The position numbers and the translations under genes were made by a program. The notes beneath the pieces are model-generated. The model was given only the letters and a program-made list of their open reading frames with translations. It did not search any database and was not told the origin of the DNA. Of a stretch of DNA of 64,000 nucleotides, positions 24,975 through 37,355 are shown piece after piece. Position 1 is the first letter of the stretch; each line of letters opens with the position of its first letter. This DNA comes from Malacoraja senta (lineage: Eukaryota), in contig CM076001.1 of NCBI GenBank assembly GCA_038087875.1, forward strand, positions 498,001 through 562,000. Reading direction: 5' to 3'.

Positions 24975-25782
24975 AGGGTTCGATCCTGGCAACGGGTGCT
25001 TGTCTGTACAGCGTTTATACGTTCGCCCCATGACCTGCCTGGGTTTTCTCCCACATTCCAAAGACGTACAGGTTTCTAAGTTAATTGGCTTTGTAAAAAT
25101 GTAAAATTGTCCCTAGTGTGTATCGGATAGTGTTATGGGCCTGTCCCACTTAGGCGATTTTTCAGGCGACTGCCGGTGACTGTCAAGTAGCCGGCAGTCG
25201 CCTGAAAAATCTGCAACTGGAATGGCGACTGTCAGTGTGCAACACACACACGCACATCACTTCCTTCACCAACCCGTGCAGGCAGGGGACAGGGCAAGCG
25301 GGGGGAGCACTGTCTGAGTGAAATTCACATGGTGCAAAGCCAAGGTGATACCGCGATGAACAGGAAGGTTGGCGCTGTAATTAAGATGGTTAAAGCACAG
25401 TGTATGGTAAGTCCTTTAAAAGAGGGGAGGGGGGGGGAGAAGGAGTGGAGAAGGAGTGGAGACAACTTTTAAGAAGCCAGATGCTACTCTCCAGGGCAGC
25501 TTCATTCTAGTCGCCGCTAATCTTTCAACACATTGAATAATTCACGATGACCATAATGAGGCCGCGACTTGTTCCCAGAATGCTGGAACTCCTCACAACC
25601 ATGAAGGCAACTCCCCGGCAACCACCCGCGAACATGTGGCGACCATGTGGCGACTGCATAGTCTCAAAAAAAGTTGCCTAAGTGGGACAGGCTCATTAGT
25701 GTGCGGGGATTGCTGGTCGGTGTGGACTCGGTGGGACAAAGGGCCTGTTTCCACGCTCTACCTCTAAACTAAACTAAACTAA
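24975..25782 (+). mobile_element. HE1-like SINE interrupted by a MITE
   Basis: B-box GGTTCGATCC; body stops at GATAGTGTTA and resumes GTGTGCGGGGATTGC; (AAACT)n tail. Confidence 0.8.
25136..25695. mobile_element. PIF/Harbinger-type MITE
   Basis: TIR TG(G/A)GCCTGTCCCACTTAGGC; TTA TSD at 25133-25135 and 25696-25698. Confidence 0.85.
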
Positions 25783-26641
25783 CCTCTGTTCACATTTCCA
25801 TTGGTTCCCCTCAAAATCTACCATTCACCTACACAGAGTAGCAACATACAGTGACCAATTAAGGCGTAGAAACAAGCAACTGCAGATGCTGGTCAATATA
25901 CAAGAGGACACAATGGATAGTTGACATTGCAGGTCAACAGAGAATATGCAACTTCCACACAGAAAACATGCGAAGTCAGGATAGAACCCGGGTCTCTGAT
26001 GCTATCAGACAGCAGCTCTACTAGCTTTCTTATAAAATATACAGCATGGAAACAAGCACTTTGCATTCCAACCTCCGTCTTCGTCTTCAAGCTGACGGCT
26101 TGTTTGTTCTTATGCCTGCCCATTACAGTATCCCCAGCCACTAGCTTACCCCATCTCCAACTAATACCAGTCCTTGCTTCTCAAATAAATAATAACAAGT
26201 TAATTACTCACTCTATCGATTTCATTGCCTTTGTCAACATAACATGTACCTGATCTTTAGGCTCTTTGTTCAGTTTGCATACCTCGTTTTTCCAAACAAG
26301 TTAGCAGTCTGCACATTCTTGGCTTTCGTCAATCAGATCCACACTCACAATTCCCATTAAAGCAATCTTTACTGTGCTGCTTTACATTAATCAGCTCTCC
26401 ACTCTCTCAGCTCCCATTAATCACTTCCCCTCTCAGAGAACTCATGAATCAGTCGTGTCACATGCTATCAGTACGCACTCAACCCTAGTTTGGGCACACA
26501 CTGCGGAGATCGTAAAACTCGAAGAGAAGCAGCCTCCGTGTCCAGTCTGGCCAAAAATGGTGCTGTTCAGTTTATTCCACCTCCCAGCCATTGGTCTCCA
26601 TCATTGACTTAGCAAAGGACCTAGAAATGTCTTACAGAATC

Positions 26642-26818
26642 CCGTGTAGGAAGGAACTGCAACTGCTGGATTACACTGAAGATAGATGCACAATGCTGGA
26701 GTAACTCAGCGGGACAAGCAGCATCTTCGGAAGAAAGGTCTCGACCCAAAACGTCACCCATTCCTTCTATCCAGAGATGCTGCCTGTCCCGCTGAGTTAC
26801 TCCAGCATTTTGTGTCTA
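26642..26818. mobile_element. Penelope-like mini-element with inverted arms and 12-bp TSD
   Basis: ATGCTGGAGTAACTCAGCGGGACA / TGTCCCGCTGAGTTACTCCAGCAT; TCTTACAGAATC at 26630-26641 and 26819-26830. Confidence 0.8.
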
Positions 26819-28211
26819 TCTTACAGAATCTCTTTGTGTACAGCTCTTCGATAAGTAAAATCCAAATATAAATGCCCTGCTTTTTTCCACTAAGCTAACA
26901 TTTTATCGAATCTGCCAAGGACAGTTTGCCTGTCAACCTATCAAAGACTTTCCCAAAATCCATGGAGATCATATCAAACACCACGCCCCCTCATCAAGCT
27001 CACTTGTTACTTCCTCAAAAAACATAATAATGTTAGTCTCATACAGACCTAATGAAAAAAAATCAGGAGAAACAGGAAAATGTAGAAATCCATTCCTCGA
27101 GTAGGAAGGGGCAATGTGGAGACACTTTCTCTTGGCCTGTCCATCCATTAGATTAAAATACACAGGATTAACAGCAACTTGGTCATACAGATTCAGAACT
27201 GGTTTGCTGTTAACAGACAGAGTGTGTGATGGAAGGACGATATTTAGGCTTGAGGTCTGTGACCAGTGGAGTTCCGCGGGGATCTCTGCAGTTTGTGATA
27301 TGTATTCATGATATGGACTTTTAGTTAGACGGTTCGGTTGGTAAATTTGCCGGTGTCATGATTATGAGTAAGTCTGTCAAAGTATACAGCGGGATAAAGA
27401 TCAGTTACATAAATGGGCAGGTAAATGTCAGATGGGGTTTAATCGAGCAAGTGTGAGATGTTACACTTTTAGGATAGAACTAGACTAAGTGGGACCCGTT
27501 GGGTCCCATTCTCACACGGGAGGCCTGGGCCCCCAACGCAATATTCCACCTCTACACCAATTCCAATATTCCACCACTCACGCACAGCCCCCAACTGCGC
27601 AGGCGCGGCTGACGGGTTCCCATTGTGACGCCCCTGATCCCCTCACCCACCCCACTCCGCCTCTTGCCCTCCCCCCCCACTCACTCACTCCATCCCCCCA
27701 CCCCCCATCCACTCTTAGCGGCTCTCTGGCAGCGCAGCCATTCCCTCCCATTGGGTTCCCATTGTGATGTAGAACACACAGGTATTACTGCGCAGGTGCA
27801 GCTGACGGGCACGGCAAGTGGAAAAAGGATTTATTAAAGCTTAAAATGCGAATAACTCCTGAAATATAACAATAATTTAAACATTAAAGAGGAGATTTAT
27901 TCAGTCCATTCTTTCTTGTTGCGCTCTTGTTGCGCTCTGCAGCCATGGGAGGAGGTCGGCTTCAGGCGGGGGCGGTCGGGGGCCGGTGGGGGGAGTATCC
28001 TGCAGCCTGTGGAGGGGCGTGGCTTCAGGCGGGGCTGTTGGGGGGCCGGTGACGGAGGAGTGTGTGTCCTGCAGCCGGGGGACGGGGACAGCTTCAGGTG
28101 GTGGCCAGTGGCGGGGTAGGCTTTCTGGAGGGCTAGCATGGGTGTTGTGGGCCGAAGGAACTGGTTTCCAGAGGGTTAGTATGGGCATTGTGGGCCGACT
28201 GGATTCTTGGA

Positions 28212-29540
28212 CACAGTTCACTCACTCATGGCTTGTGGACTCACAGTTCACTCACTCACTCACGGCTGGTGGCTCACAGTTCACTCACGCACTCATGGCT
28301 GGTGGGCTCACAGTTCACTCACTCACTCACGGCTGGTGAGCTCACAGTTCACTCACTCACGGCTGGTGGGCTCACAGTTCACTCATTCACTCACTCATGG
28401 CTGGTGGGCTCACATTTCACTCATGGCTGGTGGGCTCACAGTTCACCCACGGCTGGTGGGCTCACAGTTCACTCACTCAAGGCTGGTGGGCTCACAGTTC
28501 ACTCACTCATGGCTGGTGGGCTCACAGTTCACTCACTCACGGCTGCTGGAGCCACAGTTCACTCACTCACGGCAGCTTGAGCCACAGTTGAATGAATAAG
28601 TTCATTGGCCAAGTAGTCACATACAAGAAATTTGCCTTGGTGTTCTGCCCGCAAGTGACAACATGACATACAGTGACAGTTAGGAATGATACATGAAACA
28701 TTAAACATTAATAATAAAACATTATTGATTAAACATGTGCATTAAATAAAATACCAGAGCAAAAGGAGGCGACAGATTTTTGGTTATTGAGTAGAGCTAC
28801 TACTTGTGGATAAAAGCTGTTTTTATGTCTGGCTGTGGCAGCTTTGACAGTCCGAAGTCGCCTTCCAGAGGGAAGTGATTCAAAGAGTTTGTGGCCAGGT
28901 TGAGAGGGGTCAGAGATGATTTTACCCGCTCGCTTCCTGGCCCTTGCAGTGTACAGTTCGTCAATGGAGGGAAGGTTGCAGCCAATAACCTTCTCAGCTG
29001 ATCGGACAATTCGCTGCAGCCTCTGGCTGTCGTGCTTGGTGGCTGAGCCAAACCAGACCATGATGGAGAAGGTGAGAACAGACTCTACGATGCCTGTATA
29101 GAATTGGACCATCATTGCCTGTGGCAGATTGTGCTTCCTCAGCTGCCGCAGGAAGTACATCCTCTGTTGTGCCTTTTTGAATGTGGAGTCGATGGTAGCC
29201 CCCCACTTAAGGTCCTTGGAGATGATGGTTCCCAGGAACTTAAAAGACTCCACGGATGTGATTGTGGTGTTGTTGATGGTGAGTGGGGTGAGGGGAGGGG
29301 GAGCTCTCCTAAAGCCAACTATCAATTCCACTGTCTTAAGGGCATTGAGCTCCAGGTTATTGCGATGGCACCAGGACGCCAGCTGTGACACTTCCTGTCT
29401 GTAGGCAGATTCCTCCCCATCCTGTATCAGTCCAATCAGGGTTGTGTCATCTGCACAGTTCACTCACTCCTGGCTGCTGGAGCCACAGTTCACTCACTCA
29501 CGGCTGCTGGAGACACAGTTCACTCACTCGCGGCATCTGG
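28212..29540. repeat. Roughly 30-bp tandem array in Helitron C, interrupted by a LINE at 28590-29453
   Basis: CACAGTTCACTCACTCACGGCTGGTGGGCT units at 28212-28589 and 29454-29540. Confidence 0.9.
28590..29453 (-). mobile_element. 5'-truncated Rex1/Babar LINE with an open RT C-terminal frame
   Basis: ORF 28729-29463: ADDTTLIGLIQDGEESAYRQEV...KKAQQRMYFLRQLRK; (ATTC)-type tail. Confidence 0.92.
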
Positions 29541-31449
29541 ACCTGACTCTCACTCACGGCTTCCGGGCTTCCAGTCTTGCAGGCTTGCTGACTCACGCCC
29601 GACTTCTGGACTCACGCCCGGCCTCCGGGGCTTTATTCTCCTCACCCCCGGAAGGGGCGTAACCTTCATGGCGACTGACAGGCGAGAAGACAATCTGCTC
29701 ATCTCACGATTTTTAAAACCTTCATATGTTTTGTAATCTTCCACCGATCGGAACAAAACTTGGTGCGCTTGGAGGAGAGGAGAACGGTGAGTAAAGTGGC
29801 AAAAAAATACTAGGGTACCGTTTTTGCGCAAATTTAAATAGAACGCATGGTCAAGATGAGAGTTTTAGTAATAGTATAGATGCAGTGGGAAGGATTGCAT
29901 GCAATTAATGGTATGATCATAAACAGATAGAATGAAGAGTGTGAAGAAGGGTCCTGACCTAAACGTCACCCATGAGTACTTTCTGTCTATCTTCAGTGTA
30001 AACCAGCATCTGCAGTTCCTTTCTACACAGGAGACTAAACAGCATTGTTGTGCAGAGGGATCTTGGGGCCCAAGTCCATAACTTCCTGAAAGTGGCAGCA
30101 CAAATATATAGAGTGGCCAAGAATATATAGTATGCTTGCTTTCATAGGTCGAGACATTTAGTGGAAGAGTCTACATGCCACGATGCAGCTTTATAGGGCT
30201 TTGGTTTGACTGCATTTGGAGTATTGCATTCAATTCAGGTCATCCCATTACATGAACGATATGGAGGCTTTGGAAAGTGCAGAGTTGGTTTACCAGAATG
30301 ATGCTTGGATTAGGAGGTATAAGCCATGGTGAGTAGTTAGACACTTAGATTAGTTTCTCTGGAACGCTGGAAGTTGCGGGAGAGGTATACACACTTACGA
30401 GAGGCATAGGTATAGAGTAGACAGTCAGATCCATGTTCCCCAGGATGGAAAGAACAAATACTAAGGTCATAGTTCTAAGGAGAGAGAGGAAATTTAAAGG
30501 AGATATGCAGAACAAGTTTTATTTTTACACAGAGGGTGGTGAATGCTTGGAATGTGCTGCTGAGGATAATGGTTGAGGCAGACAGGATAATAGCATTTAA
30601 GAGGCTTTTAAATAGATATCTGGACATGCGGAGAATGGAGGGGTGTAGATTAGGTGCAGGCAGATAAAATTGCTCTTGGCATTATGTTCGGTACATTATT
30701 GGTTCAAGGGCCTGTTCCTGTGCAGTGCTGTTCTACATTCGATTTTAATCCTATATTATTTTTTTATTATTCTCTGCACATTCTCATCAACCCACATCCC
30801 TCCCCCCCCACCACCCCTCACTTCCACCACCCCCCAAGATGCTACCACTCCTTGTACACAAAGGTCAATTTACTGTGGCCAATTAAACTACCAACCTTTG
30901 GTAAGTGGATAGAAACTGGAGCACATGGAGGAAATCCCATCCAGTCACAGGAAGGACGTGCAAAGTCAACAACGGCAGGGATTGTACTCTGGTCCCAAGC
31001 CTAGATGGCTACAGTTCTACTAGCTGTTCTTCTTTCAATTTAGGTTGAGTAATGAAAAGTAGAGTAGTAGAGTAGTTTTAGCAGTGAAAAGCTTTTGTTG
31101 CGTGCTAACTAGTCAGCGGAATGACAATACATGATTACAATCAAGCTCTTTACAGTGTACAGATACATGATAAGGGGAATAGCATTTAGTGCAAGGTAAA
31201 GCCAGTAAAGTCCGATCAAAGATAGTCCGAGCTGTCACCAAACAGGCAGATAGTAGTTCAGGACTACTCTCTAGTTGTGGTAGGGCAATTCAGTTGTCTG
31301 ATAACAGCTGGGAAGAATCTATCCCAGAATCTGGAGGTGTGCGTTTTATGTTCCGGGAGCATTCATGTACATCTGCTCTGGTTAAATCAATCTGATTTAT
31401 TTTGCCAAGTCATTTCAATTATACTGCAATATTCTTACTGTCACTGCTT

Positions 31450-32260
31450 CCTGGGTCGGTGGGGCTGCTGCGAGTCAGCTGCCCTGCCAGCAGCGTGTTC
31501 GTTATTTTTACTTTTTTTGTTTTTTTGGTGTGTCTAATGTTAGTTAGGTGTCTCGTGGTGTGTCTTGTGTGGGGGTAGCGGGGAGTGGGGGGTGGGAAGG
31601 GGGGAACCGCTTTCGGTCGCCTCCTCGACGGAGAGGCGACTCTTTCCATGTCACTTCCCTCGCGGCCTAACAGCTTGGAATGCAGCGGCCTTTCCCGGAG
31701 TCGGGCCTGCAGCATCAGTAGCAGGCGCAGCGTGGACTTTTCCATCACGGAGAAGGCGAACCCTTGCCGGGGGTCGCCAGAGAGGAGTGCTCCGATCATT
31801 TGCCTGGTGACTTTGGCATCATGGAGCTGTGGTTTGCGGAGCTTCTAGCCGCGGGCTGGGCGTGGACTTACCATCTGGGATCCCTTGCCGGGGATCGTCA
31901 GAGAAGAGCTCTGACCGCCGGCCTGTGGCCTATAACAACCTGAAGCCGCGGTCTCCGGTAGGAAAGTGCCGATTCAGGACCTCCAAGCCGCGGAGTGTGT
32001 TTGACCTTCCTGACGTCGGAGTTTTGATCATCCCGAGGAGAGGGCTTGTACATCCGGCTGTCCGTAGCAGTGACTACGGAGGGTTTATGGCCCTGACCAC
32101 GGATGAACAAAGAAGGAGGATTGACTGAACTTTGTTGCCTTCTACCACAGTGAAGAATGCTGTGGTGGATGTTTGTGTTAAATCTTATTGTGTATTGTGT
32201 GTTCTTTTTAAGTGTATCGCTGCTGGCAAATTCATTTCACTGCACCTTCACTGCAAATTG
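31450..32260 (+). mobile_element. GC-rich non-coding retroelement with Rex1-like tail, copy 3
   Basis: GC head, T tract, G-run, CpG-rich body, TTGCCTTCTACCACAGTGAAG motif and ATTTCACTGCACC tail. Confidence 0.65.
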
Positions 32261-32390
32261 ACTTTTACTTTTCCACACTAAACTTCACTAGTCATCTAGG
32301 CTTCCAACATTACCTCTCACCCAATGTAATATCTACAGGACTCAGAATGTATCAATTAAAACAGTTTTTAACAGAGCGATTGATAAGTTA

Positions 32391-32687
32391 GGGCCGCACG
32401 GTGGCGCAGCGGTAGCTTTGCTGCCTTACAGCGCCAGAGACCAGGCTTCAATCCTGGCTATGGGTACTTGGCTGTATGGAGCTTGTACATTCTCCCCGTG
32501 ACCTGCGTGGGTTTTCTCAGAGAACTTTGGTTTCCTCCCACACTCCAAAGTCGTACAGGTTTGTAGGTTAATTGGCTTGGTATATATATAAAAAATTGTT
32601 CCTAGTGTAGGATAGTGTTATTGTGGTCGGTGCAGACATGGTGGGCCAAAGGGCCTGTTTCCATGTTGTATCACTAAACTAACTAAA
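32391..32687 (+). mobile_element. Full-length HE1-like SINE
   Basis: GGGCCGCACGGTGGCGCAGCGG head, degenerate B-box, GGGCCTGTTTCC...CTAAACTAACTAAA tail. Confidence 0.85.
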
Positions 32688-32913
32688 TGGAGTACACTTC
32701 CGCAACTTGGATCCTATTCATATATACCCCACACTGAACAAAATGTCCAATGAATGCAAGGTCACTTCAAAAATGCAGCATTTGACAACATTTCATCTAC
32801 ATCACTGCAACCAGTCTCATTTCCCTTTACATTGACAAAATACTTGACAGAAGGCTGAGTTCTTGCAATAATCCAGGTTAGCATAGAACACTACACTGAT
32901 ACTAATAACTCAC

Positions 32914-32934
32914 CAAGAACACAGAAGAAAGTTG
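32914..32934 (-). CDS. Candidate 21-nt microexon QLSSVFL (phase 0-0)
   Basis: ctctaat...tctgtcttcattcaaatttatag|CAACTTTCTTCTGTGTTCTTG|gtgagt; splice signals only. Confidence 0.3.
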
Positions 32935-33560
32935 CTATAAATTTGAATGAAGACAGATTTCCATTAGAGACTATATTATCTTGCACTATGGTGCAGACTT
33001 CCTGACTACAGTGATATGATGGAGTGTAATCTGAATATGGCTGAACTGATGCTGAATGTGCCTGAAATTAATGTTATCCAAGTCTTTACAGCCCACTGCC
33101 ATTAAACAATAGTGCTCCAGTCACGACAAGGAACTAAGAGATATCACAGATGCCCTTCACTTCATTTACTGAAAGGTTTTCCTTTTTAAAAGAGGTTTGA
33201 TTCATCACCGACCAGACCTGAATCTGATCTAATCTTAAATCTAAAATGCTTTTCAATGCATCTGCTGCTAAAGGTACACCACATAAGTTTAAACGCATAT
33301 GTGTTCAATTACCAAAGTAGGTTGTGGGTATGCAGAGATAATATAAATGTCTAAAGAAGGTCCCGACCCCAAAACGTCACCTATCAATGTTCTCCAGAGA
33401 TGCTGCCTGACCCACTGGGATACTCCAGCATGTTGGGTCCTTTTGTGTAAACCAGCATCTGCAATTCCTTGTTTCATTCTCAAAAAGGTGAATCTCTGAG
33501 TTTAATTAATCCAAACGGTTCATCAGATCTCATCAGCATGGGAATGGCCAAACAGCTCAC

Positions 33561-33665
33561 CTGTATTTGCTCCTCCAGTTGTTGCTTATCGTTCAGAAGA
33601 TTGGTTATTGTGTCATTTCTCTGGATTAACTCATCAGTAAGTGCCCACAGTTTCTGCTCTGAACT
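33561..33665 (-). CDS. Internal coding exon (105 nt, phase 0-0) of a coiled-coil protein: SSEQKLWALTDELIQRNDTITNLLNDKQQLEEQIQ
   Basis: ttgttattattttcag|AGT...ATACAG|gtgagc; only one frame open; clear heptad pattern. Confidence 0.85.
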
Positions 33666-33829
33666 CTGAAAATAATAACAAATATTAGATTAGGAATTAA
33701 CCGCAAATATCTTGTGTTTTAAACAGACTAGGTCATGCTAACAGTGATGTACTTTTGGTTGAGCCAAACACATAATACACAATGCAAGATTTTAGTGTTG
33801 AAGAAATTAAATAGACCTGGGATTTCTGG

Positions 33830-36600
33830 CAGGCAACCTTGGGGCGAAGAGGCAGAGATAGACAGAGAGAGTCAGACAGGCTGATAGAGGGAGGACTAAA
33901 CAACAGTGCTGAGAGAGGATATTCTTCAGGGATGAACATGGGGATAATGAAAGGCTGAAGTGTGTTTACTTCAAAGCAAAGAGTATTGCGGGCAAAGCTG
34001 ATGAACTTAGAGCCTGTATCAGTGCTTGGATCGATGATGTTGTGGCAATTACAGATTCTTTGTTGCAAGAGGGACATGACTGGCAGCTCAACGTGCCTGG
34101 GTTTCAATGTTTCACATGAGATAAAGAGGGGGGGGGGGGTAAAAGAGGTGGAGGAGTTGCTTTGCTAATCGGTGAGAATGTCCCGGCAGCACTTAGGGAG
34201 GACGTACTGGACGGCACGTCTACTGACACGTCAGGGGTTGAGCTCAAAATTAAGCAAGCGGCAATTACTCAGTTGGGATATTACAGGCACCCAATAGCCA
34301 TTGGGAGATAGAGGATCAGATATGTAGACAGATTATGGAAGGATGCAAGCACACACCGTTGTTGTGGTGGGTGACTTTAACTTCCCCAATATCAACTGGG
34401 AATTACGGCAAGAGGATTACACAGGGCAGAATTTGTTAGGTGTATCCAGGACTGTTTCCTTAAAAAGAATGTAAATAGGTCGAATCGAGGAGATACCTTA
34501 TCAGGCCTTGGTTTGGGAACCGAGCCTGGCTAGGTGGCCATGTAGAATTACTTGGTCACAACTCCGTAGGTTTTAAGATTGTTTAGATTAGCGATCAGTC
34601 TGGATGATGGGGGAAGGTACTTAGTTAGGGCAAGGCAGATTTGAATGTTATTGGGCAAGAACTAAGGGGGGTGAGATTATTGTTATTGGGTATCCACAAG
34701 ATGACATGTGGGAATTGTTTAAAGGCCAGCTGAACAAAGTGCAGGATCATTAATATACAACATGAAGAACAGCGGTCTCAGCAACAACTCCGCTCGTCAC
34801 TGGCAGCCAACCGGAAAAAGCGCCTTATATTGCCACTCTTTGCCTTCTGCCATCCAGCCAACCTGCTATCCATGCTAGTATCTGCCCTTTGATATTCATG
34901 GGGTTTCATGTTCCTTAGCAGCCTCACGTGTGGCACCTTATCAAAGGCTTTCTGAAAATCTAAGTAAACAACATCTACTGACTCTCCTTTGTATGTCCTG
35001 CTATTTACCTCTTCAGGTAATGGGAAGGTAAGGAAACTGTGGATAACTAAGGAGGTTGTAAACTTGGTCAGGAAGAAAATGGAAGCGTATGTCAGGTTTA
35101 AGAAGGTGGCATCAGACGGGGTTTATGAGGAATATAAAGCGAGTAGGAAATAACTCAAGCTGTGATTCCAAAGGCAAAAAGGGGCCATGAAATGTCATTG
35201 GTGAGTCGGATTAAGGAAAATCCCAAGGCTTTTAATATGTACGTTAAAAATAAAAGTGACCAGGAGAAGTTAGGACCACTCAATTATAAAGGATAGAATC
35301 AATGCTTGGAGTCAGAGGATGTACAGTAGGTGAGGTCCTAAACGAGTACAGGTTGAACACTGATTTTCCGGCACCCTCGATTCCAGAGTCTTTCTGGATT
35401 TTCAGTTTTTCCGGACCAACAGAGGTTGCATGATAGTGAAACAACAATCCACCCCTGGCTTGCTAATCACGCCCCTCCCGTGTCTCTAAAGCACCACGGA
35501 GTGCCAGAAACATAAATAAAACAAATATTAAATGTAAACTGACTACGAGTGGAATGACCTGCAGACCTACCCCCGGCTCCCACTGTCACCCCGGCTGTTT
35601 AGAGCCCCAGTTTCAACTCCACTCCCCGACTCACAAGGTGCAGCGAGGGCCCTGTTTGTGTTAATATATAAATGACTTAGACATTAATGTAGATGGGCTA
35701 GGAAGTAAGTTTGATGACGATACTGTTGGAGTTGCAGACAGTGAGGAATGCTGACAGGAGATACAACGGGATACAGACCAGCTCTAGAAATGGGTCGAGA
35801 AATGACAGATGTAGGTTAACCCAATCAAGTGTGAGGTGATGCACTCTGGGAAGTTGACTGTAAGGAGAGAGATATACAGTTAATGGCAAGACCCTTAACA
35901 CCATTGATGTGCAGGGGGATCTTGGAGTCCAAGTTCATAGCTCACTGAAGGTGGTAGCACAAGTAGGTTGGGTGGTTAAGAAGGCATACGGTATGCTTAT
36001 CTTCTTTGCTAGAGACACTGAATATAAGATTCAGGAAGTCATGTTGCAGCTCTCTAGGACTTTGGTCAGGCCACATTTGGAGTCGTGTAGCCGTTCTGGT
36101 CACCCCGTTACAGGAAAGATGTGGAGGCTTTGGAGAGGATGTGGAGGACGCTGCCCAGAATGCTGCCTGGATTGGAGGATTTCTGCTGAAGGGAGAGATT
36201 GGATAGGCTTGGTTTGATTTCTTGGGAACATCAGAGGTTGAGGGGAGACGATTAAAATATGTAAAATTATGCGGGGCACAGATAGGGTAGGCAGTCAGAA
36301 ACTTTTTCTCGAGAGTAGAAATGTCCAACACTAGAGGGCATAGCTATAAGGTGAGAGGGGGAAAGTATAATGGAGACATGCTGGGCAAGCGGTAGGAGCC
36401 TGGTAAGCACTGCCAGGGGTCATAGTTGAGGCAATTAAGATAGTGGTGTTTCATGGGGCGTTTAGATAGGTATATGGAAGTGCAGGGAATAGAGGGATAT
36501 GGATTATGTACACACAGATGAGAGCAGTTTAACGGCATCATGTTCAGCAATAATATTGTGGGGCAAAGAGGCCGTTCCTGTGCTGTACTGTTCTATGTTC
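33830..36600 (+). mobile_element. Old, heavily decayed CR1 (EN to 3' end) with nested insertions
   Basis: Remnants of VVGDFNFPNINW, IKENPKAFN and QGDLGVQVHSSLKV. An inverted CR1 piece lies at about 34760-35015 and a TA|CAGGTTGAAC insertion starts at about 35349. Confidence 0.8.
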
Positions 36601-37355
36601 ATCCAGTGTAGGGAGAACAATAGGGTAGTATTATTAGTCTTGGTTTATTATTGTCATGTTTATAAAGATACAATGAAACATTGTATTTGTGTGCTATCCA
36701 GTCAAATCATACTATACATGAATAGTGAAAGGCTTGGATAGAGTGGATGTGGAGAGGATGTTTCCACTAGTGCAAGAGTCTAGTACCAAAGGTCATAGCC
36801 TCTGAATAAAAAGATGTTCCTTTACGAAGAAGAGGATGGTGAAACTGTGGAATTCATTGCCACAGAAGGCTGTGGAGACCGTCAGTGGATATATTTAAGG
36901 CAGACAGACAAGAGATAGACAAATTCTTGATTTGTACGAGTGTTAGGGGTGATGGGGAGAAGGCAGGAGAAAAGGGTTGAGAGCGAGAGATAGATTGAAT
37001 GACGGAGTAGATTTGATGGACTGAATGGCCTAATTCTGCTCCTATCATTTATAAGCATGAGTACAATCAAGCCATACACAAGTAGTGCAGGTCGTGCAAA
37101 GAGTAAAATACCAGAGTGCAGAATATGGTGTTGCAACATTAGCATTTTATTAGAGGGAGATTTGAACGTCCCTGATGTTGAATTGGTAATCCATAGTGCA
37201 AAAGACATGGATGGTGCAACTTGCAACATGAGCCAAATAAACATTCCTTAATCAATATACAGAGGGCCCTACTAGAGAGGAGGCAGCATTGGACCTCGTC
37301 TTAGGGAACAATGTAGGGCAAGTGATGCATTCTCAGTGATAAGCACCAGGGAACA

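Larger units (their letters stand above)
27480..29880 (-). mobile_element. Non-autonomous Helitron C (both ends present)
   Basis: Minus strand A|TCTATACTATTACTAAAACTCTCATCTTGACC ... GGGACCCAACGGGTCCCACTTAGTCTAG|T: 3' hairpin, CTAG end, AT target. Confidence 0.88.
27170..30750 (+). mobile_element. Old CR1 3' region split by Helitron C (CR1 parts about 27170-27479 and 29881-30750)
   Basis: Degenerate CR1 RT sequence is collinear across the Helitron and ends AAGGGCCTGTTCCTGTGCAGTG. Confidence 0.7.
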
